Origin: an uncultured bacterium
Lineage (GTDB): Bacteria > Actinomycetota > Geothermincolia > Geothermincolales > Geothermincolaceae
Length of the DNA stretch: 64,000 bases
Reading direction: 5' to 3'
Assembly: GCA_963765625.1 (NCBI GenBank)
Contig: CAVXXD010000005.1
Coordinates: forward strand, 191,113-255,112
Part shown: positions 8,965 to 17,233 of the stretch, in pieces
Layout of the letters: each line of letters starts with the position of its first letter
How positions within the stretch are numbered: the stretch's first letter is position 1
Notes under the pieces: model-generated
What the model was told of the DNA's origin: nothing
The model's database searches: none
The model's input: the letters and a program-made list of their open reading frames with translations, nothing else
Translations under genes and position numbers: made by a program

Positions 8965-10112
8965 TTCCCGTCACCCCTTTCCTCGATGATCCCGGCATCC
9001 TCCTCCAGGACCGTCCGGATGGCTGAGACCATCTCCCGGTCCGGGTTCCGGCATAAAGTCACAGGTTGGCCGATGTTCTCGAGCAGCACCAGGCGCAGTC
9101 CTCCTTCTTCCCGCTTCTTGTCGAAGGACATGCTTTTCACCATGTCCCCGGCAAGCCCTTCCGCGTCAGGCCCCTGTTGTATCAGGCCGGTCAGGCCCAG
9201 GCTTCTCAGCAATTCCATATGATTCAGATAAAGCCCTCTTCCGGCCAACTCGAGTGACTCCGACAGTCGCGCGGCCATGCGCATTCCCACCGCCACGGCT
9301 TCCCCGTGCAGGAAAGAAGAGAAGGCCGTGGCCGTTTCCAGCGCGTGGGCAAAGGTGTGCCCGTAGTTCAGCAGGATGCGGCGCCCACTCATATCTCGCT
9401 CGTCCTCCTCGACGAGCCTGGCTTTGATGGCGGCGCAAGCCGATATGGCCCTGACCAGCTCCACCTCCCGCCGATCCAGGAGCGCCGTCCCCTTCTCCTT
9501 CAGCCAGGCATGAAAGGCAGGGTCGAATACCATGGCATATTTCGCCACTTCTCCGAAGCCTGAGACATATTCCCGCTCCGGCAGGGTGGAAAGGAGGGCG
9601 GTGTCGCAAAAGACGCCGGCCGGCTGGTAAAAAAACCCCACCAGATTCTTCCCCTGAGGCATGTCCACTCCCACCTTACCCCCGATGCTTGAATCCACCA
9701 TGGCCATGAGAGTGGTCGGCACCTGGAAGTATCTGATCCCGCGCAGATAGGAAGCGGCAACGAATCCGCCCAGGTCGCCCGCTACTCCCCCGCCCCAGGT
9801 TATCAGGGCGTCGGAGCGTTCCACCCCCAGGCCCAGCATTTCACGGTATATACGGTTGACGGTGTTGAGGTTCTTGTGTTTTTCACCGGGCGGGAAAAGC
9901 ACCGGGTGGAGACTCCGCCCTCCCGCCCCCAGCCGTTCAGCCAGTTCGCTCCATTGACGGCGGTGCTTCTTCTCCAATGTAGTGTGGCTGATCAGAACGA
10001 CCTTCCGGCATCCGGCCAGGCCTGTCACCGAACCAGACAGGTGCTCCAGCATGCCCGAGCCGATGGTTACGTCGTACTCTCGTCCCGGCAGGTTTACCGC
10101 GATCTTCTCCAT
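8952..10112 (-). CDS. aroB: 3-dehydroquinate synthase
   Basis: 386 aa; DHQ synthase family, Gly-rich NAD-binding region. Confidence 0.9.
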   Translation of the reverse strand: MEKIAVNLPGREYDVTIGSGMLEHLSGSVTGLAGCRKVVLISHTTLEKKHRRQWSELAERLGAGGRSLHPVLFPPGEKHKNLNTVNRIYREMLGLGVERSDALITWGGGVAGDLGGFVAASYLRGIRYFQVPTTLMAMVDSSIGGKVGVDMPQGKNLVGFFYQPAGVFCDTALLSTLPEREYVSGFGEVAKYAMVFDPAFHAWLKEKGTALLDRREVELVRAISACAAIKARLVEEDERDMSGRRILLNYGHTFAHALETATAFSSFLHGEAVAVGMRMAARLSESLELAGRGLYLNHMELLRSLGLTGLIQQGPDAEGLAGDMVKSMSFDKKREEGGLRLVLLENIGQPVTLCRNPDREMVSAIRTVLEEDAGIIEERGDGKWAH

Positions 10113-10603
10113 ATTTCCTCGATCTCCGCCGCTACTTCCCCGGGTTCCCTGCCGTCCGTATCGATGGAATGGTCGGCTGTCTCCCGGTAATACGGTTCTC
10201 TCTCTTCGAGCATCTTCCTGATCTTGTCAAGCCGCCCGTCTCCCGCCAGTAAGGGGCGGGTATTGTCTTTTTCGAGCCGGCGCAGTATCGCCTCCGGTGA
10301 TGCCAGGAGATGGAACACTTCTCCCGAGTTTCGAAGGGCCACCCGGTTGCCGGCCCGCAGTACCGCTCCGCCTCCACAGGAGACGACTTTCGGAGCTTCT
10401 TCGATCAGGCCGTGGATGACCTCGCCCTCCTTATCCCGGAAGGTTTCTTCACCCAGGTCCCGGAATATGTCAGCCACCGTCATGCCCGTGTCTTCCTCCA
10501 CCCTGGAGTCCGTGTCCGCGAAAGGCATTCCCAGGCGGTCAGCCAGGTCCCTGCCCACGCTGCTCTTTCCGGTCCCCATGAAGCCTATGAGAATCAGGTG
10601 CAC
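10094..10603 (-). CDS. aroK: Shikimate kinase
   Basis: P-loop LILIGFMGTGKSSVGRDLA plus shikimate kinase core. The ORF-track 371-aa form runs out of frame through aroC and is rejected. GTG at 10603 gives ~170 aa just after the aroC stop. Confidence 0.8.
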   Translation of the reverse strand: MHLILIGFMGTGKSSVGRDLADRLGMPFADTDSRVEEDTGMTVADIFRDLGEETFRDKEGEVIHGLIEEAPKVVSCGGGAVLRAGNRVALRNSGEVFHLLASPEAILRRLEKDNTRPLLAGDGRLDKIRKMLEEREPYYRETADHSIDTDGREPGEVAAEIEEIWRRSR

Positions 10604-10611
10604 CCCGCGCC

Positions 10612-11772
10612 TCAGAAGGCTCTCAGTGTTTCCAGGTAATGGCGGTACCTGCTTTCCACTTCTTCCATGCAGTCGCCCCCGGTCTTCTCCAGCAAGGCGT
10701 CGGCCAGGACCCAGGCAACCATACTCTCGGCCACGACCCCCCCGGCAGGGACCGCGCAGACATCGGAGCGCTCGGGTAATGCCCCGGCTGCTTCTTTCGT
10801 CTCGATATCCACGGTAGGAGCGGGCTTGCCAAGGGTAGGTATGGGCTTCATGGCCGCCCGAACCCGTATAGTCTCGCCGTTGCTTACACCGCCCTCTATG
10901 CCGCCGCCGTGGTTTTCCAGGCGGTGAAACCCTTCGCCCCGGGTGTAAGCAATCAGGTCCAGAGAAGAGCTCCCTGGAGACAGCGCGAGAGTAAGGCCGT
11001 CTCCTATCCCTACTTCTTTCACGGACTGGATGGACAATAGCGCTTGCCCCATCAATCCGTCCAGCCGCCGGTCCCAGTGAACATGGCTCCCGAGGCCGGG
11101 GGGCACGCTGAATGCAAGCACCTCGAAAACACCGCCCAAAGTATCCCCCGCTTCGGCCGCCTGGTCGATACTCTTTATCATCTCCCGCGACGCACTCTCG
11201 TCCAGGCATCGCAGATCGTTTTCTTCCGCTTTAGCCAGGTCCTCCAGTCCGGGGGCCCGGTTCAGGTCAGCCGCAATGCCTCCGATGGACAGTACGTGTG
11301 AGCGTACCTCGATCCCTAGCCGGCGCAGGATGAGCCTGGCCACGCTGCCGGCGCATACTCTGCCCACGGTTTCCCTGGCCGAAGCTCTCTCCAGGATGTC
11401 CCGGATGTCCCTGGTGCCATATTTCTGTGCTCCCGCCAGGTCGGCATGTCCGGGCCGGGGAGCAGTGACTTTCTTCCCTGTCTTCCCCATCTCCCGGGGT
11501 TCTGCCCCCATCAGCTCGAGCCAGTTGGCGTGGTCCCGGTTCTCAACCCATAAAGTGATGGGGCTTCCCAGCGTGTTTCCGTGACGGACTCCGCTCAAAA
11601 TCTCCACCCGGTCCCCTTCAATGGCCATACGCTTGCCGCGTCCATAACCGCGCCGCCGGCGATCCAGTTCTTCATCGATGTACTCATGCCGCACCCCCAG
11701 GGATGCCGGGCAACCTTCAACGATGGTGCAGACGCCGCGTCCGTGCGACTCTCCCGCGTCAAGAAACCTCAC
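10612..11772 (-). CDS. aroC: Chorismate synthase
   Basis: 386 aa; MRFLDAGESHGRG N-terminus and chorismate synthase signatures. Confidence 0.92.
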   Translation of the reverse strand: MRFLDAGESHGRGVCTIVEGCPASLGVRHEYIDEELDRRRRGYGRGKRMAIEGDRVEILSGVRHGNTLGSPITLWVENRDHANWLELMGAEPREMGKTGKKVTAPRPGHADLAGAQKYGTRDIRDILERASARETVGRVCAGSVARLILRRLGIEVRSHVLSIGGIAADLNRAPGLEDLAKAEENDLRCLDESASREMIKSIDQAAEAGDTLGGVFEVLAFSVPPGLGSHVHWDRRLDGLMGQALLSIQSVKEVGIGDGLTLALSPGSSSLDLIAYTRGEGFHRLENHGGGIEGGVSNGETIRVRAAMKPIPTLGKPAPTVDIETKEAAGALPERSDVCAVPAGGVVAESMVAWVLADALLEKTGGDCMEEVESRYRHYLETLRAF

Positions 11773-11842
11773 TTAACAAGCTCCTCCAAAATAATAAGGC
11801 GGCATTACCGGTAATGCCGCCCCGCCTAGCGTTTTCCGGTTT

Positions 11843-12559
11843 TCAGATCCTTCTCAGCTGGCCTTTCTGCAGTTCGTAGGTCTCGTCTCCGCACATCAGC
11901 ACGAGAACGGTGCTGGACTTGAACTCTACGATCTTATAATTGTTGCCGAAGCTCACGCCCGCTTTTATGTTCTCGTAGCTCGTGTCCCCGACCTTTATCT
12001 TGGCGTATTTGATGCCGCGGCTCTCGAAGATGTCCTGAACCAGTATGACCTGCCCGCTGCTGACCTCCGCCGTCACCGGTACGGTCGAAGAAGGAGTGGT
12101 GGTTGGAGCTGTTGATGAACCTGCCGTTCCCTCGTCCAGATCACGGTTCAGTATCAAGCCTAGTTTTGAGTCCAGTGTCCCTTCGTTATCGACCAGCGCC
12201 CCCACATCACCCATCAGCGGCATGAAGGGGTCGTTCAACACCCACACGTCCGAATAAGGTATCTCTCCCGGATAGGACGACTCGACCAGCTGGATGTTGA
12301 AGTGCTGTTCGATCGTCCGGGATACTATGGCATCCGACTCCAGCGCTCCGGCATTCTGGCCGGGCGCTAAAGACTGCGCGAGCGACCTGTCGATCGTCGT
12401 GTTGTCATTGTCGCCGAAGCTGGTTGAAAGGAACAGGAGTGACGCTATCAGAGCAACGGCAAGACTGCCGAACAGCCTTATCCTTCTGTTGGCCTCGACC
12501 TCCATGGCTTCCTGCTTCTTTCTATTCGCGCTGTTTTCGGTTCTTTTCATCATATCCAC
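11843..12559 (-). CDS. Membrane-anchored hypothetical protein, possible PilP-like pilus assembly component
   Basis: 238 aa; one N-terminal TM helix, Ser/Thr/Pro linker, C-terminal beta-rich ~80 aa; directly follows pilM-pilN-pilO in what looks like the same operon. Confidence 0.35.
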   Translation of the reverse strand: MDMMKRTENSANRKKQEAMEVEANRRIRLFGSLAVALIASLLFLSTSFGDNDNTTIDRSLAQSLAPGQNAGALESDAIVSRTIEQHFNIQLVESSYPGEIPYSDVWVLNDPFMPLMGDVGALVDNEGTLDSKLGLILNRDLDEGTAGSSTAPTTTPSSTVPVTAEVSSGQVILVQDIFESRGIKYAKIKVGDTSYENIKAGVSFGNNYKIVEFKSSTVLVLMCGDETYELQKGQLRRI

Positions 12560-12574
12560 CTCGGCTATACGATT

Positions 12575-13138
12575 CTACTTGGTCAAGAGCAGCTCGACGC
12601 CGTTGGGCGTTGTAAAGAATATCTTGAAAGTAACGGTTATTTGCAGGTAGGGCAAGGTATCTTCGCCGGCCGAGACGGCCAGGATCACTGGCTTTATGGA
12701 GCGAGGCAGTTTTTCAACCTGGTTGAAAAACTCAACCATGTTGAAATAACGGCCGTTTAAAACCGTTGCGATCGAGGATACGTAGAACTTTCCCTGCTGT
12801 ACAGGCATTTCCGGCGTAAGGCTGAAGAAATCCAGCCCTGCTTTTTCCGCGGCGTAGTCCAGCTGCTGGACGACGTCGGCCAGGTCGACGTTCTCGGGTA
12901 TCTTGCCGTCCAGGGCGCTGATCTGGCGCGTGAACTGCTCAGGGTCCTTGTTGTATGCTTCCAGCTGGGCTTGACGGCCCTGTTCTTTGCTGTATTCGGA
13001 TTTTACGCTGCTGATCTGTCCATCAAGGTCGCTGACTTTGTTCTTTTCAGGCAATACGATAAACGCCACTCCGATCGCCAGAAGTATTATGGCTACGACT
13101 ACCACGATAATCAGGTAAAAGCGCGGATTGATTTTCAT
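12575..13138 (-). CDS. pilO: Type IV pilus assembly protein PilO
   Basis: 187 aa; N-terminal TM + coiled coil + PilO-like C-terminal domain; position after pilN. Confidence 0.7.
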   Translation of the reverse strand: MKINPRFYLIIVVVVAIILLAIGVAFIVLPEKNKVSDLDGQISSVKSEYSKEQGRQAQLEAYNKDPEQFTRQISALDGKIPENVDLADVVQQLDYAAEKAGLDFFSLTPEMPVQQGKFYVSSIATVLNGRYFNMVEFFNQVEKLPRSIKPVILAVSAGEDTLPYLQITVTFKIFFTTPNGVELLLTK

Positions 13139-13974
13139 TTCCCACTACCTCCGGTGGTGGTTCCCGTTTCTTCGGCATTCTTAGACTTGAGGTCCCATGG
13201 CGCCTTTTCAGTATTCCAGTAACCATCGATCTCGAAGGCGATGGCCCAGTCCTGATAAGATTCATCCACAACGGTCTGGGTGCCGTTTTCGTCCACTTCT
13301 TCGTGCTGCACCGTTATGGTCACCGGCTCCTGGGTGGAACTCACTATCCACAGGTTGCTCCATTCCTCCATGTTTTGCAGCCTGACATAGAATTCAGCTA
13401 CCTTTGGCTGGCCACGGAAATAGTAGTAGTAGGGATAGGCGTCAAGAAAGCCGTGAGCCTTGAAGTCGCTGGCCCGGGGCAGCCATGTTTGAATGCAGAG
13501 CCAGGCCGGAGCAGCGTATCCAGTCATGGTTATCGAGGGTGACGAACTAGTCTCGGCTCCTCCCTCGAGTGGCGTCGCATCGATATTCAGGCTGGTCAGC
13601 CAGATGGCCGGTGCGCGCGAATTGCTCGCGGTAGTCAAACCTTCAGGCACATAAAGTGCCAGGTCGTTCAGCATGCTCGCCCAGCCGACCCTGCCGACGT
13701 TACAGGCTGCGTAAAGATCCTGGATGCTCTGGAGTTCGGCAGCCTGCTCTTCATAGACCTGGAGCGGCTCCTCGACCTTTTTCTGAAGTTCCTGCAACTC
13801 GGCTTCCTGGTCCTTGAGATCTGCCTCCTTACTGGTAACCTGGTTATGGAAGAAGAGCCAGCCCACTCCCACCAGTACCACTACCGCCAGCAGCGATATA
13901 ACGATCCAGGGAATGAGGTTTACCCTTTCGGCCTTTCCCTTTATCTCGGGAGGAAGCAGGTTTATGCGCGTCAT
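13135..13974 (-). CDS. pilN: Type IV pilus assembly protein PilN (with C-terminal extension)
   Basis: 279 aa; conserved N-terminal INLLPPE motif, TM helix, coiled coil. Confidence 0.75.
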   Translation of the reverse strand: MTRINLLPPEIKGKAERVNLIPWIVISLLAVVVLVGVGWLFFHNQVTSKEADLKDQEAELQELQKKVEEPLQVYEEQAAELQSIQDLYAACNVGRVGWASMLNDLALYVPEGLTTASNSRAPAIWLTSLNIDATPLEGGAETSSSPSITMTGYAAPAWLCIQTWLPRASDFKAHGFLDAYPYYYYFRGQPKVAEFYVRLQNMEEWSNLWIVSSTQEPVTITVQHEEVDENGTQTVVDESYQDWAIAFEIDGYWNTEKAPWDLKSKNAEETGTTTGGSGK

Positions 13975-15044
13975 TATTCCATCACCTCTCTGAGGGCAAG
14001 GCCGATACAGACGGCAACTGAAGGTTCGATGTCGGCCAGCTCTTCAGCCGCGAAGGGAAGCTTGCCCATCTGGAGATTCTGGAAAGGTTTCCCCATCTCC
14101 ACCGGAATCCGCAGCCCGCGGTTCATCTCCTGAGAGAGGTTGAGGGTTTTTGACCCGCTTCCGGAGAGAATGACCTTCGAGAGGTTTCTCTCCTGGGTCT
14201 GCGCGACATAGTAATCGATGGATCGACGGACTTCACCGACGAAATTGAAGATCTCCTGCTGGAGTATCTTGTTCGCCTCTTCGTGGACCTGTTTGCCGGT
14301 CCTGATCTCTTCCGCTTCTCCTGCATCCATGTTCATGCGGTCCATGATGATGGAGGTAAAGTCGTTCCCTCCCCGCAGCAGGAAGCGCGCGAACCTGGGT
14401 ATCCGGTCCTTGAGAATGACTATATTGGTGATACCGGCTCCGATATTGACGATGCAGACGCTCTCTTCCTCCCCCGCCTCTTCCATCAGCTGCACCTCTC
14501 TCTTGATGAGGGAGCGGGGCAGGGCGAACGCCTTGAGGTCGATCGCCACCGGCACCAGGCCGGCGCTCTGCAGGACCCCGACGAAGCTCTGGATCATGTC
14601 CCGGTGGGCTGCCACCAGAAGCACCGTGAGCATCCGTTCTTCTTCGGCCGTCATGAACTCCTCGATGACTTCGAAATCAAGGACGGCATCCTCGGTGGGG
14701 ATGGGTATGAATTCCTGCACCTGGAAGCGGAGAGCCGAATCCAGCTCTTCCCTCTCCATGTACGGCAGTTCGATGGGGCGGACTATCACCTTCTGGTTGG
14801 CGATTCCCAGGATGACCTTTTTCCCTTTCAAGCCGGACCGGGTCCAGAGCTCCTTGAGCAGGTTGGAAAGGGACTCCGGGTCCTCGATCTCGCCGTCACG
14901 GATCACGCCTTCAGGGAGTTGGATGAACCCCAGGTTCGATAGAATGGCATCTCCCCGGTCGATCTCGACCTCCGAGACCTTGACCGAGCTATTGCTGATG
15001 TCCAGGCCAATTGCAGTCGTCTTCTTCTTTGGACTCATCATCAT
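13974..15044 (-). CDS. pilM: Type IV pilus assembly ATPase-like protein PilM (actin/FtsA fold)
   Basis: 356 aa; IGLDISNSSVKV N-terminus and actin-like ATPase fold motifs. Confidence 0.85.
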   Translation of the reverse strand: MMMSPKKKTTAIGLDISNSSVKVSEVEIDRGDAILSNLGFIQLPEGVIRDGEIEDPESLSNLLKELWTRSGLKGKKVILGIANQKVIVRPIELPYMEREELDSALRFQVQEFIPIPTEDAVLDFEVIEEFMTAEEERMLTVLLVAAHRDMIQSFVGVLQSAGLVPVAIDLKAFALPRSLIKREVQLMEEAGEEESVCIVNIGAGITNIVILKDRIPRFARFLLRGGNDFTSIIMDRMNMDAGEAEEIRTGKQVHEEANKILQQEIFNFVGEVRRSIDYYVAQTQERNLSKVILSGSGSKTLNLSQEMNRGLRIPVEMGKPFQNLQMGKLPFAAEELADIEPSVAVCIGLALREVME

Positions 15045-15062
15045 CCCCCGCTATCGGCGTCC

Positions 15063-15242
15063 TCACGAACCCTTGGTGAGGTATTTATTGACATCGCTCT
15101 CTTTGATCCGGTAATTCTTGCCTACACGAATGGCCGGGATCTGGCCTCCCTTTACCAGGCGGTAGACCGTCATATTGGATACCCTTAGTATATCGGCCAC
15201 TTCGTTCACCGTCAGCAGTTTGTTGCTAATCTTTTCTCTCAT
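15063..15242 (-). CDS. Small helix-turn-helix DNA-binding protein, excisionase/MerR-like HTH_17 family (not in ORF track)
   Basis: 59 aa translated by hand: MREKISNKLLTVNEVADILRVSNMTVYRLVKGGQIPAIRVGKNYRIKESDVNKYLTKGS; GGAG SD 7 nt upstream; stop 18 nt before pilM. Confidence 0.7.
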   Translation of the reverse strand: MREKISNKLLTVNEVADILRVSNMTVYRLVKGGQIPAIRVGKNYRIKESDVNKYLTKGS

Positions 15243-15450
15243 CTCTCAACTCCACGTTCTTGTCGATGTGAGCTGGTACAATGCCCGATCTATTTTACCT
15301 TCGCCTCGTATGAAAAACCCGAACCGATCACATGCCGTAATGAGAGAATCTTAAACTAACACGAATCTATTCAAATTGTCAATACTATCTTTCGTCAACT
15401 ACAGTTACATCCTTTAGCACAATTTACATTCTTCAACATTACTATACACT

Positions 15451-15479
15451 ATTATAATTTAATATCAGTAGTTGTCAAT
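15451..15479 (-). promoter_or_regulatory. Sigma70-type promoter (TTGACA-17-TATAAT) for the HTH-pilMNO operon
   Basis: Minus-strand -35 TTGACA (plus coords 15474-15479), 17-nt spacer, perfect TATAAT (15451-15456), in an AT-rich island. Confidence 0.5.
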
Positions 15480-15490
15480 AGTTTATTTTA

Positions 15491-16270
15491 CTACCGCATC
15501 ATTGAGCGATATAGCTCGATTATCCACCCCCCCACAAATATCGATATCCAACTTCCTGCGATCAGATACGGTCCAAATGGTATCTTCGACTTCCACTCCT
15601 TTTTCCCTGTAAGAATTGGTGGGATTGACGCAATGCTTCCCAGAAGGAAACCGAGAAAGAGCGCGGGGATGACGTCCCAGCCCAGCACAACGCCTGAAAA
15701 TGCCATCAACTTGGCGTCACCCATGCCCATCCCTTTCGGATACAGCAGAGAGATCAGGCCCAGCGGCCCCCCGCCGATGAGCAGGCCGGCCCCCTGTTCC
15801 ACCAGGACCTGGCTGTCCCAACGGACCAGGGCGATCACTCCCACGTAGACCACGGCGATCAGAAGGGAAGGAAGGATGATGGCATTGGGGATTATCAGCT
15901 CCTTCAGGTCGATCATGCCGACCATCAGGGTCACCGTGACGAAAAAGAGATAGAGCGGCAGGAAGGCGTCCCATCCGAACCCGAAATGGGCGAAGACCGC
16001 CACGTACATGGCCGCGTTGGTGAACTCGACCAGGAGGTATACGGGGGAGATGCGGCAACCGCAACGGCGGCAGCGTCCGCGCAGTAACAGCCAGCTCAGC
16101 AGGGGTATATTGTCGTACCATTCGATGGGCGTGTCGCAACCCGGGCAGAACGACCTCGGCTTGACCACGGACAGGCCGCGAGGAACCCGGTAGATCACGA
16201 CATTGGCGAAACTGCCGATGGCCGAGCCCAGCAGGAACAGAACCACTGAAAAAAAGATAGCAGGTAACAT
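15491..16270 (-). CDS. pilD: Prepilin peptidase PilD (A24 family) with tetracysteine zinc motif
   Basis: CPGC...CRRCGC motif and 8 TM core. The ORF-track start 16348 (TTG) lies inside the pilA1 terminator hairpin, so the start is set at ATG 16270 (MLPAIFF...). TATAAT sits 9 nt upstream of that ATG, suggesting a leaderless mRNA. Confidence 0.85.
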   Translation of the reverse strand: MLPAIFFSVVLFLLGSAIGSFANVVIYRVPRGLSVVKPRSFCPGCDTPIEWYDNIPLLSWLLLRGRCRRCGCRISPVYLLVEFTNAAMYVAVFAHFGFGWDAFLPLYLFFVTVTLMVGMIDLKELIIPNAIILPSLLIAVVYVGVIALVRWDSQVLVEQGAGLLIGGGPLGLISLLYPKGMGMGDAKLMAFSGVVLGWDVIPALFLGFLLGSIASIPPILTGKKEWKSKIPFGPYLIAGSWISIFVGGWIIELYRSMMR

Positions 16271-16310
16271 GTTGGCCCAATTATAAGGAGGGCAGGTGAC
16301 AAAATCCCTG

Positions 16311-16338
16311 GCATCGAAAAGGGCCCCTGGGTGGGGCC
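16311..16338 (-). terminator. Rho-independent terminator downstream of pilA copy 1
   Basis: Minus-strand GGGCCCC-ACCCA-GGGGCCC hairpin followed by TTTTCG. Confidence 0.5.
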
Positions 16339-16374
16339 CTTTCTTCAATAACCGTTCTTCACACTCATCAGCTC

Positions 16375-16698
16375 TTAATCGCCATAAGTGTGTCCCAGAT
16401 CACAGACCGCGTACGGCGGCGTGCCGGTTACGACTTCGTAGGTGCCCCCAGCGGGGCACTCCGGCCAGTCCTTGAGGAGCTCGGGCACGTAGTCGGCGGA
16501 ATCCAGGGAGTAATCGTCAGCCCCCGCCCGATACTGTATGACGCAGCCGTCGATGGTCCTAAGGTTGTCCTTGCAGGCGCCTTCCTCCGCATTGCTCTGC
16601 GCGCTGAAGAACACCGGCACGGCAATGGCTACCAGTATACCGATGATAAGAATAACGACCATCAACTCGATGAGGGTGAACCCTTCCTGCTTTTTCAT
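16375..16698 (-). CDS. pilA: Type IV major pilin PilA, copy 1
   Basis: 107 aa; MKKQEG|FTLIELMVVILIIGILVAIAVP canonical prepilin signal; Cys pairs in C-terminal globular domain; strong GGAGGTG SD. Confidence 0.88.
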   Translation of the reverse strand: MKKQEGFTLIELMVVILIIGILVAIAVPVFFSAQSNAEEGACKDNLRTIDGCVIQYRAGADDYSLDSADYVPELLKDWPECPAGGTYEVVTGTPPYAVCDLGHTYGD

Positions 16699-16726
16699 AT
16701 CTCTTTCACCTCCTCCCTCTAGCCTT

Positions 16727-16755
16727 CAAACAGAAAAGGCCCCTAAATGGGGCCC
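16727..16755 (-). terminator. Rho-independent terminator downstream of pilA copy 2
   Basis: Minus-strand GGGCCCC-ATTTA-GGGGCC hairpin followed by TTTTCTGTTT. Confidence 0.5.
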
Positions 16756-16790
16756 TTCCTTCAATAACCGTTCTTCACACTCATCAGCTC

Positions 16791-17114
16791 TTAATCGCCA
16801 TAAGTGTGTCCCAGATCACAGACCGCGTACGGCGGAGTGCCGGTAACGATCTCATAGGTGCCGCCAGCGGGGCACTCCGGCCAGTCCTTGAGGAGCTCGG
16901 GCACGTAGTCACCGGAATCCAGTGAGTAATCGTCAGCCCCGGCACGGTACTGCATTACGCAGCCGTCGATGGTCCTCAGGTTGTCCTTGCAGGCGCCTTC
17001 CTCCGCATTGCTCTGCGCGCTGAAGAACACCGGCACGGCAATGGCTACCAGGATACCGATGATAAGAATAACGACCATCAACTCGATGAGGGTGAACCCT
17101 TCCTGCTTTTTCAT
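16791..17114 (-). CDS. pilA: Type IV major pilin PilA, copy 2
   Basis: 107 aa from ATG 17114 with the same GGAGGTG SD; the ORF-track upstream extension is ignored; 3 aa substitutions relative to copy 1 (V/M, A/G, V/I). Confidence 0.88.
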   Translation of the reverse strand: MKKQEGFTLIELMVVILIIGILVAIAVPVFFSAQSNAEEGACKDNLRTIDGCVMQYRAGADDYSLDSGDYVPELLKDWPECPAGGTYEIVTGTPPYAVCDLGHTYGD

Positions 17115-17233
17115 ATCTCTTTCACCTCCTCCCGTCACAATCTCTTTCCTGTTCACTTTCTTTAATAACAATATCGGGCTTGCCAGGAAATACCTTTAGG
17201 GTATTTTTCGTCTTCTGGTGAGACTAGACCCAT

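Larger units (their letters stand above)
16305..17135 (-). repeat. Tandem direct duplication (~416-bp unit x2) of pilin gene + SD + terminator
   Basis: Unit 16305-16719 vs 16720-17135, near-identical apart from a few point differences and the hairpin loops. Confidence 0.8.

Noticed and set aside
10094-11209. 371-aa ORF-track form of aroK, and likewise the 363-aa aroE, 364-aa permease, 285-aa pilD and 167-aa dtd forms
   Set aside because: The N-terminal extensions run out of frame through the upstream genes (aroC, GTPase, ABC ATPase, pilA terminator, rel). Internal starts with SD or leaderless context are used instead.
15063-15242. Excisionase-family HTH gene as evidence of a prophage or integrative element
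   Set aside because: No integrase, recombinase, att-like direct repeats, tRNA target or phage genes are nearby. The gene heads the pilMNO operon, so a regulatory role is more parsimonious.
17115-17233. Sigma54 (-24/-12 TGGCAC-N5-TTGCA) promoter upstream of pilA, as in many proteobacteria
   Set aside because: A TGGCAAG sequence is present, but no GC element occurs at the required 10-nt spacing, and no PilS/PilR or RpoN-dependent activator is encoded in the locus.
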